From: a virus
Virus record (IMG/VR): IMGVR_UViG_3300027806_000035
Span: 1 to 64,000 of that record
Direction: 5' to 3' (one strand)
DNA length: 64,000 bases
The position numbers were made by a program, and so were the translations under genes. Of this stretch, positions 18,153 through 27,984 are shown piece after piece. Below the pieces are notes generated by a model. The model did not search any database, had not been told where the DNA came from, and saw only the letters and a program-made list of their open reading frames with translations. Every line of letters begins with the position of its first letter. Positions within the stretch are counted from its first letter, which is position 1.

Positions 18153-18419
18153 CTACTGGCCATTCGGCAGGGCTGACTTCTTCTTGTTCTGAGTTCTATT
18201 TTTGTTCTTGGAACTGGCTTTCTGTTTCTGGATCTCTTGCATCTGGGCCTTGATCCTCTCAGTCTCGGCCCTGTTTTTTTGGTCACGAACTGACTTAAGA
18301 GCCTCCTGATAGCCAGGGGCTTCAAGCTCAGGGCGTTCGGCAAAGATTGCCGACCAGTCCGGGCAGGTCGATTTGTTGAGTTCAGCCATCAATTCTGCGC
18401 AAGGTTTCGTCAAAAACAA
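18153..18419 (-). CDS. Hypothetical protein
   Basis: DWSAIF..RPELEAPGY motif; basic tail. Confidence 0.55.
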   Translation of the reverse strand: MFLTKPCAELMAELNKSTCPDWSAIFAERPELEAPGYQEALKSVRDQKNRAETERIKAQMQEIQKQKASSKNKNRTQNKKKSALPNGQ

Positions 18420-19857
18420 TCGAGCTTTGCAGGTCTATCGCACACTGCAGGATCCCACAGGTTCCATGGCGGTTCTTGGCAACACTGATCGCCAGTTCGT
18501 AGGGATCCTTCTGGGGATCATAGTAACAGGGCCTCAGCAGGAACATAACAATGTCGGCATCCTCTTCAATGCGACCCGAGGCGCGAAGATCAGATAGCGT
18601 TGGCATCTTGTCATTCCTACTTTCAACACCCCTGTTGACTTGGCTCAGCAGAAAGATGTCAATGCCAGTCCTGACAGCAAGCTGCTTGAGAGCCCTGGTT
18701 ACATGGCCGATGTTTGACGCTTCGGTGTTGTTTGCGTCGCCAGAGCAACCTTCAATCAACTGAAGATAATCAACGAATACAGCCGACAACTTTGGCCTTG
18801 TCTTTGCTAGCAGCGCAACCTTGGTTGAGATAGTGTTGATACTTTCCGCTGAGTCATAGATGTGAAATCTTTTAACGAACGGAGAATCGCGATAGCCCTC
18901 AAGCCTTTGGCGCTGATCGGCCGTGTAACTCCTGAGTCTCAGGTTATTTGATCGGATTGGATTTGTAAGGTTTTTGGACATACTTAAGTTCATGTAGTCA
19001 TAGCACGAAATAGCCTTATACTGAATCTGCCTTCTTGACATTTCAAGGCTAAAGAAAGCAACATCGCCGTGCGAATCGGCAAGCTGTGTTGCAAGAGAGA
19101 TAGCAATCGTACTTTTTCCCATTGCAGGCCTTGCTGCAACGACGATCAATCTGCCAGAATAGGGCGAGTTCCTGGATGCAATGCCACCTTGTATGGCATC
19201 GTCGAGAACCCGTAGGCCAGTGCTAATTGCAACGTTCTCCGGCAGGGGAGAAAGAAGTTCATCAACAGATGAATTCCAGTCGTCAGCCTTTTTTGTAGAT
19301 ACAGAAAGATTGCTCCATGTCTCCTGCTGGGCTTCAATAAGCTTTGGAACCTTGTCAAGAATTATTGATACGTCTGGCTGATCGTTAAAAATATCCAGCA
19401 TCTGTTCTGAGCTGGAAATCATTTCTCGCCTGACCAGCTTGATGCGCCAGACAGGGAGAATTGACTCAAGGCTTTCGATTGAATAAAAGATAGACGGAGA
19501 AGATGTTACAGACTCTACGAACTCACACTCTTGATCGTGTCCGCGCAGCCTCAGCATCTGAATAGCCATCATGCCGATGCTACCAGGAAGCAGAAATTGC
19601 GACTTAGAAGTACCAGAGAAGACTCTTTTAACAACGAAGAAGATCGCCTTTCTGTGAGGCTGAGAGAACCAGTTCTCATCAAGAACTGTGAAGATCCTCA
19701 TTAACGCCTGAACATCGTCCTCCTTTGCGTCACCTTCAAGCAGAAAACAGATTGTTGACAGGAATGAGATCTCAAATTCATCGGTATCCCAGGTCTTAAT
19801 TCCAGAGAGGAGATCTTCAAGGGTTTTTTGAGGTTGAGCATTGGTCCCTTTCGTCAT
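18382..19857 (-). CDS. dnaB: DnaB-family replicative helicase
   Basis: AARPAMGKS, FSLEM, DYLQL, SQVNR, LSDLRASGRIEEDAD, KNRHG. Confidence 0.95.
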   Translation of the reverse strand: MTKGTNAQPQKTLEDLLSGIKTWDTDEFEISFLSTICFLLEGDAKEDDVQALMRIFTVLDENWFSQPHRKAIFFVVKRVFSGTSKSQFLLPGSIGMMAIQMLRLRGHDQECEFVESVTSSPSIFYSIESLESILPVWRIKLVRREMISSSEQMLDIFNDQPDVSIILDKVPKLIEAQQETWSNLSVSTKKADDWNSSVDELLSPLPENVAISTGLRVLDDAIQGGIASRNSPYSGRLIVVAARPAMGKSTIAISLATQLADSHGDVAFFSLEMSRRQIQYKAISCYDYMNLSMSKNLTNPIRSNNLRLRSYTADQRQRLEGYRDSPFVKRFHIYDSAESINTISTKVALLAKTRPKLSAVFVDYLQLIEGCSGDANNTEASNIGHVTRALKQLAVRTGIDIFLLSQVNRGVESRNDKMPTLSDLRASGRIEEDADIVMFLLRPCYYDPQKDPYELAISVAKNRHGTCGILQCAIDLQSSIVFDETLRRIDG

Positions 19858-20558
19858 CTCAGCGTATAGTTGATGGCGGACATGGCTGGCTTACCAGATT
19901 TGGCTGGCTGTTTGTCTTGGACGAGTTTGTTGATATAACCCTTGAAACCATTAAATCCTAGTGACTGCCATGTTGCTTCACTCGCAAGCTCGCAGAAATC
20001 GCCAAGAACATCACATTCCTTTGCGTATAGAAGTGCTGTCATCGAACGACTGCTGATCTCCCTCGCGAGCTTCGGGTGGGCCTTGGCCCGCTGATCCAGC
20101 CACTTCTCCAGGGCCTCCCTGTGGGGCTCCAGCCAGTCCGACAGCCGAAGCCGCGCCGATGCAGCGGAACGACCGCGCTTGCGCTCCTGTGGGGCCGCTG
20201 GGGCCGCTGGGGCCGCCGGGGTAAGCATGGAGAGGTGCTGCTGCTTAAGATCATCCAGCTCGTCAAAGAAGTGATAATGCTTTGAGTCGCCTTGGATAAA
20301 GATCTTCAGGTAGCCAGCTGTAACCAATTCCTTGAGAGCGTCGCTAACAGAAGGTGGGCTATCCCTGCTAGCGGAAAGCAGCCATTCCTTGCTGAAAAGC
20401 TCACCGCCAGAAAGGCAAACTGCGAGGGCGCCCTTGGCCGCAAGGCTCAGGCGAGGATCGTGCAGTGCATTGTTTGAAATGAGCGTAAAATTGCGCTTTA
20501 CCGGACGCGCTGAAAACAGCGGCCCGCTGAATTGCTTGCCAGTAGCGTCATCTACCAT
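19854..20558 (-). CDS. Replication initiator (N-terminal wHTH)
   Basis: NFTLISN..L.D.RLS..AKG.L..LKEL...GYL; directly upstream of dnaB. Confidence 0.75.
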   Translation of the reverse strand: MVDDATGKQFSGPLFSARPVKRNFTLISNNALHDPRLSLAAKGALAVCLSGGELFSKEWLLSASRDSPPSVSDALKELVTAGYLKIFIQGDSKHYHFFDELDDLKQQHLSMLTPAAPAAPAAPQERKRGRSAASARLRLSDWLEPHREALEKWLDQRAKAHPKLAREISSRSMTALLYAKECDVLGDFCELASEATWQSLGFNGFKGYINKLVQDKQPAKSGKPAMSAINYTLR

Positions 20559-20588
20559 GTAGAGTTCCCACGTTGGTTGGGCAGGGCC

Positions 20589-20792
20589 TCAGCGAATCTC
20601 GCTGGGGTCTTTTTTCTCGGCCGATTGATTTTTAACTGAATCGTCGCTTGTTGGCTCTTGGCGCCTCAGTCCATTCAGCCAGCTCATAAATGCAAGGGAG
20701 CAGGCGTGCGAGAAGCTGATACCACGTCTTTCCGCCTCTGATGCCATGGAGTTGTAGAGCCTGTCTGGAATGTAAATGTTTCTTTTTGCCAT
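20589..20792 (-). CDS. Ribbon-helix-helix (CopG-like) regulator
   Basis: KRNIYIPDRLY..M..EAERRGISFS. Confidence 0.65.
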   Translation of the reverse strand: MAKRNIYIPDRLYNSMASEAERRGISFSHACSLAFMSWLNGLRRQEPTSDDSVKNQSAEKKDPSEIR

Positions 20793-20957
20793 GGGCTGCG
20801 GAGCCGGATGCTTGCAAAAAGGTAGCACCACTTCCCCGGCCCGTCAACCCCGTCCCAGAAAAGAGGACGCTTGCCTCACCCTGCATCTAAAGCCATGAAT
20901 TTCTTGCATGTATCAGCGCGGCCTGCAATAATGGCACCGCACCAACCAGCAAGTGCC

Positions 20958-21248
20958 ATGGAGCCAGTTAAGCCAAGTCCCAAAAAGCTAGCACCGAAAC
21001 GATTCCTGGAAGGCAAGCCAACGGTCCAGACAACTGAGTTCAGCGTTGGCGATGCAGTCTATGCACGCTACCACGGTGACAGGGTTTTGCGTATCGCTGG
21101 AATTGCCAAGGTAGATGCACCATTTCCACACTATCTATGCGAAGTTGATGGAGATGTGTATCTTGTTCCCAAGCTGCATCTGTCAACTAGAAGCCTTCTA
21201 TCAGAAGTGAGCGGTGGAAACCGCCGTCAACTCCAACTCCCCGTTTAA
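20958..21248 (+). CDS. Hypothetical SH3-like small protein (start uncertain)
   Basis: FSVGDAVY..PHYLC; stop 1 nt before the dcd ATG. Confidence 0.55.
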   Translation: MEPVKPSPKKLAPKRFLEGKPTVQTTEFSVGDAVYARYHGDRVLRIAGIAKVDAPFPHYLCEVDGDVYLVPKLHLSTRSLLSEVSGGNRRQLQLPV

Positions 21249-21249
21249 C

Positions 21250-21855
21250 ATGCTTAAGAACGATCGCTGGATCAAGGAGCAGGCCGCCGTTGGCATGATC
21301 TCCCCGTTTGAACCAAGTCTAGTACGCAAGGTTGAGACAGCGCTGGACGGAGCAACTGTAAATCGAAGCGTTCTTAGCTACGGGTGCTCCTCGTATGGCT
21401 ACGACATTCGACTTGCGGCAAGCGAGTTCATGGTATTTCACAGAATTCCAGGCTCGGTAGTAAATCCAAAGCGATTCGACCCATTGAATCTTGAGCAAGC
21501 AAGTCTTCATTCGGATGAAGACGGGATGTTTTACATTCTTCCAGGGCATTCTTACGGGCTTGGTGTTGCCGTGGAGAAACTAGAAGTCCCGAGCAACATC
21601 ACTGTTATATGTCTCGGGAAGAGTACGTATGCAAGATTAGGCATCATTGCCAATACAACGCCCGCAGAGGCAGCCTGGAAAGGGCATCTGACACTTGAGT
21701 TCAGCAACTCAAGCAGTGCCGACTGCCGTATTTACGTGAACGAGGGTATCTGTCAGCTTCTCTTTTTTGAAGGTGAGCCCTGCGATACAACCTACGAGGA
21801 CAGGAACGGAAAGTACCAAAATCAGCCACGGAGGATTGTCACGGCAAGGGTTTAG
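21250..21855 (+). CDS. dcd: dCTP deaminase
   Basis: ND.WI..MI.PF; SYG.SSYGYDIRL; GKSTYAR.G; TP.E..W.G.LTLEFSN; KYQNQ. Confidence 0.95.
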   Translation: MLKNDRWIKEQAAVGMISPFEPSLVRKVETALDGATVNRSVLSYGCSSYGYDIRLAASEFMVFHRIPGSVVNPKRFDPLNLEQASLHSDEDGMFYILPGHSYGLGVAVEKLEVPSNITVICLGKSTYARLGIIANTTPAEAAWKGHLTLEFSNSSSADCRIYVNEGICQLLFFEGEPCDTTYEDRNGKYQNQPRRIVTARV

Positions 21856-21934
21856 TGTTAAGGCAGCTTGAAGATTGACGGCAAGGGGTGTGGCTAAGTA
21901 GGCTTCGGTCGCTGTCCACCCCTTTTCTGCTGCT

Positions 21935-22654
21935 ATGGATCCACGGTTCCGGGTTTCACTGATCACGCGAACGCCGGAGCCAAACCGGGCGATCTGGTGC
22001 GGAATGCACCAAGATTATTCGGAGGGATTTGTAGCAGGTGAGGAATGGCCTGATGAACCAAGGGCTGGCGAAATCATCATCAAGCGCTTGCTAGCAGGAG
22101 AAAGAGGGCACTACGGACCACTGGAGCACGCTCAAATTGTCTTGAATGTTGGCTGGTTCCCGCATTCAGTGATGCAACAGGCGAGAACTCACAGAATCGG
22201 AGTCTCGTTTGATGTTCAGAGTATGCGTTATACGGGTGACAGAATCTGCAAAGCAGCCAACGAAGAACTTGCCATTGAAGAAGTTTTTTACCTAAGGCCC
22301 GCTGGATACTATTCAGATAGAAATGGAAAAAAGTATCACTACACAGAGAGCCGGAGAAACAAAGATCTGGCGCTCTGCAAAGAAGCCGCCAACAGGTATT
22401 ACGAGTTAATTCTTGACGGATTTGCAGAAGAGCACGCACGCGGCATTTTACCATTTGATTATCGCCAACATTTTGTAGTTAGTTTTACGCTCAGAGCTTT
22501 CTTGCACTTTTTGGATCTTCGCGCCAAGTTGGATGCACAGCTTGAGATTCGGCAACTTTGCGATCTGATGTGGCCACATCTTGAAAAATGGTCGCCAGAA
22601 ATCGCAGCTTGGTATAAGGCCACCCGCTACGGCAAAGCGAGGCTTGCGCCATGA
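21935..22654 (+). CDS. thyX: Flavin-dependent thymidylate synthase
   Basis: GHYGPLEH; QARTHR..SFDVQS.RY; EEHAR; LR...AQLEI. Confidence 0.95.
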   Translation: MDPRFRVSLITRTPEPNRAIWCGMHQDYSEGFVAGEEWPDEPRAGEIIIKRLLAGERGHYGPLEHAQIVLNVGWFPHSVMQQARTHRIGVSFDVQSMRYTGDRICKAANEELAIEEVFYLRPAGYYSDRNGKKYHYTESRRNKDLALCKEAANRYYELILDGFAEEHARGILPFDYRQHFVVSFTLRAFLHFLDLRAKLDAQLEIRQLCDLMWPHLEKWSPEIAAWYKATRYGKARLAP

Positions 22655-23589
22655 CATGCGAGGACTACTTGAAGGACATTGGCAGAGTGCCACTGTTGAC
22701 AAGCGAAGAAGAGATCGTGCTTGGTAATAGAGTCCAAGCAATGATCAGAATGCTTGAATCGCACGGGATTGGCTATCAGCTATCGGCGAGCAATATTGAC
22801 GAGGCATTGCAGCAGCTCAACCAAGACGAAAAACGGCTTGTAAGACTTGGAATCAAGGCAAGAAATCGCATGGTTTCAGCCAATATGAGACTCGTCGTTG
22901 CGATAGCCAAAAAGTACGTCAACAAGCAAGTCCACATGACAATGCAGGACTTGATTCAAGAAGGTGCTATCGGCCTTACGAGAGCTGCTGAGAAGTTTGA
23001 TCCAGCAAGGGGTTATAAATTTTCGACGTATGCGTATCTATGGATAAAGCAAGGAATGACAAGGGGGTGTGAGGCCCAAGAGGGCATCATCAAGCTCCCG
23101 GCTCACTTGCAGCGTCTGATACGCAGGGCCGGTGAAATGAGAATTCGGCTTGCAGCGAAGCTCGGAAGAGAGCCGAGCTTCAAGGAGCTTTCCGATCAGA
23201 TGGGAGAAGCTGATCACGAAAAGCTCAGAAGCATCATCTCGATGCACTTCCTCATGTCACCTGCGATCCTGTGGATTGACAGGTGGGTGGAGACAGGGGA
23301 TCGGTCATTCTTCACGCTATCAGATCTGGCTGGTGACGGCTACGCAGAAGCCAAAAGCGAAGAGGAGGATACTAGTAAGCTGAACTTTATCATGCTTGCG
23401 ATTCAAGCACTTGAGCCGATTGACAGGGAGCTTGTCACAAAGAGGCATGGAATTGGCTGCGAGCCAACCAATTTCAAGGAGTTATCCGAAGCAACGGGCC
23501 TGACAGTACAGGTGGCAAAGGAAAGGTATCAAAAGGCTACAGCAAAGATACGGTATATCGTTACAACTTTCACCGCGCCTGATGGCTGA
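22651..23589 (+). CDS. Phage-encoded sigma70 (RpoD / group-2-like) factor
   Basis: YLKDIGRVPLLT.EEE; N.RLVVAIAKKY; DLIQEG.IGL.RA.EKFDP.RGYKFSTYA. Confidence 0.92.
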   Translation: MTCEDYLKDIGRVPLLTSEEEIVLGNRVQAMIRMLESHGIGYQLSASNIDEALQQLNQDEKRLVRLGIKARNRMVSANMRLVVAIAKKYVNKQVHMTMQDLIQEGAIGLTRAAEKFDPARGYKFSTYAYLWIKQGMTRGCEAQEGIIKLPAHLQRLIRRAGEMRIRLAAKLGREPSFKELSDQMGEADHEKLRSIISMHFLMSPAILWIDRWVETGDRSFFTLSDLAGDGYAEAKSEEEDTSKLNFIMLAIQALEPIDRELVTKRHGIGCEPTNFKELSEATGLTVQVAKERYQKATAKIRYIVTTFTAPDG

Positions 23590-23834
23590 ATGGTTGCCAC
23601 CGTCCCGTCACGGTGGACTTTTTACCAGGGCCGACTCTCAAGGAAAAACGGGCTGGACCTTGAGCCTGGAAAGTGGAAGGACGCACCGGACGTTTCCAGC
23701 ATCGTCGTGCCACGAAGGCAAAATAGCACAAAACCCGGAAGCGGCTGCACACCTCCGGGCTTTGGCGGGGCTTCCTACAGGGCTGATTCCTGCAGATGCT
23801 ACGAACATCCTAGCGCAATTTCCTGATCACCGAA

Positions 23835-24170
23835 TCATGATGATGGGTCCGCGTCATAGCGATGAAGCTCAGCAAGCATAAGGCTAAATCTAGTCTCAAT
23901 TGCATAGTGGCCAACGAATACTTTGCAGTTTGGATGGGCACCGCGAAGCGTCATTGTCTGCCAGTCAAAAGTAGGCAGACCCGCGTGAGACTCAATTTTG
24001 ATGCCAAGATTCCCATAACCAAGTTTTTCAACAAGATGCTCAATGTCCGACTCCTCTCTTGCGGAGGCGCAGATAATGTAAACTGCGCGGCCATCAAGTG
24101 CTGCAGACCCAGCATTTTTGACCATTCTGGTCGTGCGACCAGTACGCCTCAAATCAGCAAGACGGTTCAT
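23835..24170 (-). CDS. Hypothetical protein with degenerate P-loop-like N-terminus
   Basis: RRTGRTTRMV. Confidence 0.5.
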   Translation of the reverse strand: MNRLADLRRTGRTTRMVKNAGSAALDGRAVYIICASAREESDIEHLVEKLGYGNLGIKIESHAGLPTFDWQTMTLRGAHPNCKVFVGHYAIETRFSLMLAELHRYDADPSS

Positions 24171-24271
24171 ATAAGTAGAGTTGAGGTTTGCGGCCCGCAA
24201 GGCGGGACAATCACAATATACCACAAAACCCAAGACTCGCACAAGAGGCAAGCCTTGGGCCTTGCAGGGTT

Positions 24272-25018
24272 TCATGCTGGCTGCCCGTGATCGCCTCCGT
24301 TCAAGCGCGAGCTATTGGCCAGTTGACCACTTGATTTTAACCGTTCCAACAGTGCTGTTCCATCCCACTCCTCGATCCATGTCTCAGGCTTGTATTTGCC
24401 ATCCACCCAAAGCATTTGCAACTCTTCAGGAGTGTAATTATCAAAAAGTAGAACGGCTGAAAATCGCTCCCTATCTTTTTCTGGGGCTTCGTTGACAAGG
24501 GTAGAGATGGATTCAGTGAATATGCCACCTCTCCGCACAAGCACTTCTTGAGTGTGCAAGCGCCACTTGTTGCAGAGTTCGGCAGCTCTTTTTGACGAAA
24601 TGAGCGGAGCCGGGGAAGACCTATAGCGGCAGGGCACCTCACTGAATCCAGTGTAGCATTTCCAGAAATCTACAGCATCCCAAATTCCATTGTCATCGCA
24701 TTCTATTGGTCTTGCTTTTTCGATAAGTGATCGCAGGTTGATGTCGCTGATTTTCGTGAGATCTTTTTGCCATGCCAATCTACGATTCAATTCATCAAGC
24801 TGGAAGAAAGCTTTTTGGCGAAGCTCGCCAGCCTTGCCCTGCTCAAGAACTGACAGATTGCCATAGGAAATCGTTTCAAAACCGGCCTCCCTGGCCCACT
24901 TGCAGGCTGTGTACTGAGTCCAGCCATTGGAAAGTCGCCAGTTGAGCATCATCTTGCCAAAGGCCTTACGGCACTCCAGCTGGCGATCCAGTAACTCTTG
25001 GTAGTACGGTTGAAACAC
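24272..25018 (-). CDS. XRE-like HTH protein
   Basis: FGKMM..WR..NGWTQ..ISYGNLS.LEQG. Confidence 0.65.
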   Translation of the reverse strand: MFQPYYQELLDRQLECRKAFGKMMLNWRLSNGWTQYTACKWAREAGFETISYGNLSVLEQGKAGELRQKAFFQLDELNRRLAWQKDLTKISDINLRSLIEKARPIECDDNGIWDAVDFWKCYTGFSEVPCRYRSSPAPLISSKRAAELCNKWRLHTQEVLVRRGGIFTESISTLVNEAPEKDRERFSAVLLFDNYTPEELQMLWVDGKYKPETWIEEWDGTALLERLKSSGQLANSSRLNGGDHGQPA

Positions 25019-25092
25019 GATTGCAGTTGTTGGTTGGAAGCCCTCATAGCGAGGGCAGCCCGCATTCTATCACGGATGGCGACCTACAAGCG

Positions 25093-26793
25093 CTAGCGCT
25101 GCTGCTCTACACCAAGCCGCTGATCCTGCAGGAAATCTGGCGGGTCATCATCCGCTGCCCATTCAGCCACCATTTTCATTAGCTCCCCATGCGTGAAATA
25201 TCTTTTATCTGTTGGCATCTTAAATGTATTTTCAAAGATATCCCGACTTTCTTGCAGTTTTTGCTCAAAAAATCTTGCAGGTTCCTCTGCCGTCCTCCGC
25301 TCCTGCTGGGGGGTTCCAGGGTTCCGGTGCTCACACCCCTTATGAGGGGGGGTATGGTGAACCAGTAGATCCCAGTAATGCCAGTGCTTCTGGATGGTGG
25401 CCCAGCCCATGCCGAGGAGCTTCCTGACCTGGTTCTTGCTCAGGCCTGCGGCTGTGTCCTTCATCTTGCAGAACAGGTCGCGCAGGCGTTCACGGCTTGC
25501 ATTGAAAAGCCTTTCATTGCGGTTGCTATCTGCACTAACTTTGGCTTTTGCCGTTTTTCCATTTGCGTTCCAACCTCTTCTAAACGAGCAATTGGCCCAG
25601 CTTTTGCACCAACTGGTCAGGTTTTCTTTTGTTTCGTCGGATGCGTATTGATCGAATCCAGGTGACTCAAGTGCAAGCTGCTCAACAATGGCTGCAAGTT
25701 TCTCGGGTGTTTGGGGCTTGTAGCGCAACCTTGCTTGTGTTGTAAGCGCTCCAAGGTTATCATTACTTTGGCTGGGGCCAGTCCACGCAATGTTGCCCGA
25801 CGAGCGCTTGAATTCAGAAATCCCGTTGGACACTTTGCTGCACCGCTTGCTTTGCTTTCGCAAGCTATCTGCCTGAGATACCAGTTTCTTAAAGTTCAAG
25901 CAGCTTTGCGCCTCTTCTACAGCACTTTTCAGTTGCTGCAAGATCAGGACGGGATGGGTGATCGTTCGGTCGCCAACCACCAGGGCTGAGCCCTCTTGGC
26001 CGGGGAGGCGGAAACCGTTGCTCAGAGGGCGCTCAGAGGGGCTTCCGGCATGGAAGGGCATCTCGCTGGGGAACAGCTCGGCCTGGCCCGCTCCCGTGGC
26101 GATTCCGGCCCTCTGGAGAAGCGCACGGCCGATCCAGTGAGCCCGGAAGGCATGGACCCACTCCGGCAGCGCGATGTAGACGTGCAGCCCACCGGAATTG
26201 CTGCTGATAACAAAGTCAACCTTGCAGCCACAGTCTTCTGCAACCTCTTGCAGTCTCAGTAGTTCTTTGCTTTTGCCGAGTGGGTGCCAGTATTTGCTTG
26301 GCTTTTCGGGTTTATTGTCAATGTCAACGACGATAAGCCTTACTTGCCGCTCATGCCTGACTCCAATGATCTCCGCGTCATCAGAGGCGGCTCGGAATGC
26401 AATCTGAGAAAATGACAAGGGATGCCATCCAGACAGCCAGCTGGCGTCAGGCTTCCTGTAAATATAGTTTAGACAGCTTGTGTTGAAGGCCGAGCTAAGC
26501 AGCTTTTCATATTCGCGCTTCAGCTCTTTATCAGTTACTCTAAATTTAAGACCGTCTTCATCTTCGGCGTCAGCGGCGAGCGAATAGCTCTGCTCAAAGC
26601 TTTCCTCGCGGGGATCCCCGAGTCGCAGCCATTCCTCGGGCCACTCTGGGGGAGATTCTTGCCAGTCGTCCTGGGAACCCATTAAAGTGGGTGCGAGCGT
26701 GTTGGTGACGCTCATCCGGTCCGTAAAAAGCGATTCGCGTCGCTTGGACCGAAAGGGGGGATTCAGGAGGCTTGTCCTGGTCCCCCACCCCAT
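25093..26793 (-). CDS. AEP-superfamily primase-polymerase / replicase
   Basis: hhhDhD (LIVVDID), S.SGG.H.Y (SNSGGLHVY), RLPG; C-terminal HTH-like segment; start may be about 26715. Confidence 0.75.
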   Translation of the reverse strand: MGWGTRTSLLNPPFRSKRRESLFTDRMSVTNTLAPTLMGSQDDWQESPPEWPEEWLRLGDPREESFEQSYSLAADAEDEDGLKFRVTDKELKREYEKLLSSAFNTSCLNYIYRKPDASWLSGWHPLSFSQIAFRAASDDAEIIGVRHERQVRLIVVDIDNKPEKPSKYWHPLGKSKELLRLQEVAEDCGCKVDFVISSNSGGLHVYIALPEWVHAFRAHWIGRALLQRAGIATGAGQAELFPSEMPFHAGSPSERPLSNGFRLPGQEGSALVVGDRTITHPVLILQQLKSAVEEAQSCLNFKKLVSQADSLRKQSKRCSKVSNGISEFKRSSGNIAWTGPSQSNDNLGALTTQARLRYKPQTPEKLAAIVEQLALESPGFDQYASDETKENLTSWCKSWANCSFRRGWNANGKTAKAKVSADSNRNERLFNASRERLRDLFCKMKDTAAGLSKNQVRKLLGMGWATIQKHWHYWDLLVHHTPPHKGCEHRNPGTPQQERRTAEEPARFFEQKLQESRDIFENTFKMPTDKRYFTHGELMKMVAEWAADDDPPDFLQDQRLGVEQQR

Positions 26794-26870
26794 TCAGGGC
26801 AGCTGGTAGCCAGTCTATCGCAGTGACGCAGGAACTGCAAGTACACTGCCAAATACCCCGCCAGCCATAA

Positions 26871-27218
26871 ATGCCACGCAAGCCGAACCTTGCTGTAACC
26901 GAGCTGCCGGCCAACTACAAGGCGCCTCCTAGACCAGTACGGAAATTCAATCCGACAAGAGCGAAGCTCAACCGCTTTCTTGAAGTTAGGTGGTCAAGCG
27001 GCGCCGTTCCAATCAGGATTTCCGAGGTTCAGTCTGCGCTTGAAATACCGATCGCATCTTGGCCAAAGTATAAACACGAGGTTGAGCGTTGGCTTACGGT
27101 TGTCGGCTGGAGAAATTGCACAAGAAAAATGGGTAGCGATAAGCCTTCTCTCCGGGGCTGGTGGCCGCCGCTCAAGCCGGTGAAGAGGATCGACGACTGG
27201 AGCGAGTACGACGATTGA
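26871..27218 (+). CDS. Hypothetical protein
   Basis: Divergent from the primase, downstream of TACACT. Confidence 0.55.
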   Translation: MPRKPNLAVTELPANYKAPPRPVRKFNPTRAKLNRFLEVRWSSGAVPIRISEVQSALEIPIASWPKYKHEVERWLTVVGWRNCTRKMGSDKPSLRGWWPPLKPVKRIDDWSEYDD

Positions 27219-27364
27219 TCCAGTCGCCTGGTAGGCTCTCTTGGCGCTCTTGGACGGGCGGGACGGCGGCCCAGGATACAGCCCCCACAGGCTCCTGGGT
27301 TTAGCCCCTCAACAGGCAGCCAGCCAAGACGCAACGCCCAACAGAGCGCGAGACTTGCAAGGTC

Positions 27365-27670
27365 TTACGGCCTTTTGTCCTGCTTGACGTAGCGGCCATG
27401 CTCGTCACGAAGCAGTCCGCCTTCTTCTTTCCCTTTGAGTGCCGGGTTGTAGGTGTTGTAGCCTGCAAGGTAGCCACCGCCAACTCCGGCACCAAGACCC
27501 ATCATTGGCAGTGCTGACAGATAGCACCTGTCGATTGCATCAGTGCCTTTTGCTGAAATGCGGCAATCAACAAGATATACCGCGCCCATGACAACTGCAA
27601 GGCTTGATGCAGTGCTGATGATCTTTGCACCACTACCGAAAATAGCCGCAGCAACACCTGGAATGTTCAT
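27365..27670 (-). CDS. Membrane protein, putative holin
   Basis: Two hydrophobic segments, charged C-terminus, at the end of the late operon. Confidence 0.45.
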   Translation of the reverse strand: MNIPGVAAAIFGSGAKIISTASSLAVVMGAVYLVDCRISAKGTDAIDRCYLSALPMMGLGAGVGGGYLAGYNTYNPALKGKEEGGLLRDEHGRYVKQDKRP

Positions 27671-27969
27671 CTTAGCTCAAGTTTAATAAGACGGCGATCG
27701 TGTTCGTTGACCTGTTCTCTCAGTTCATTGAACTGCTGCCCAAATGCGGCTTGGTTCTGAATAATAAGGTTGATTTGCTCCTTCATCTTTTGCAGCTCAT
27801 TCGGAAGTGAAATGACAAGCCATGTCATTCCAGTTGCCGTACCTAAGATCGCGGCTGCAAGAACTGCTGCGGCAGTTGCTTCAAGGACTTGCACCTTGCT
27901 GAATCTGCGAGGCTCGGCCGCGCTCGTTTGTTCTGGCTCCACGGGCGATACCGGTTCCCTCATTGGCAC
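27667..27969 (-). CDS. TM plus coiled-coil protein (lysis accessory / holin-like)
   Basis: AAVLAAAILGTATGMTWLVISL followed by heptads. Confidence 0.5.
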   Translation of the reverse strand: MPMREPVSPVEPEQTSAAEPRRFSKVQVLEATAAAVLAAAILGTATGMTWLVISLPNELQKMKEQINLIIQNQAAFGQQFNELREQVNEHDRRLIKLELR

Positions 27970-27984
27970 TCTAGGCCGCCCGTT

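Noticed and set aside
23582-23881. 99-aa plus-strand ORF after the sigma gene
   Set aside because: Overlap pattern is plausible, but there are competing frames and no motif; not enough support to call
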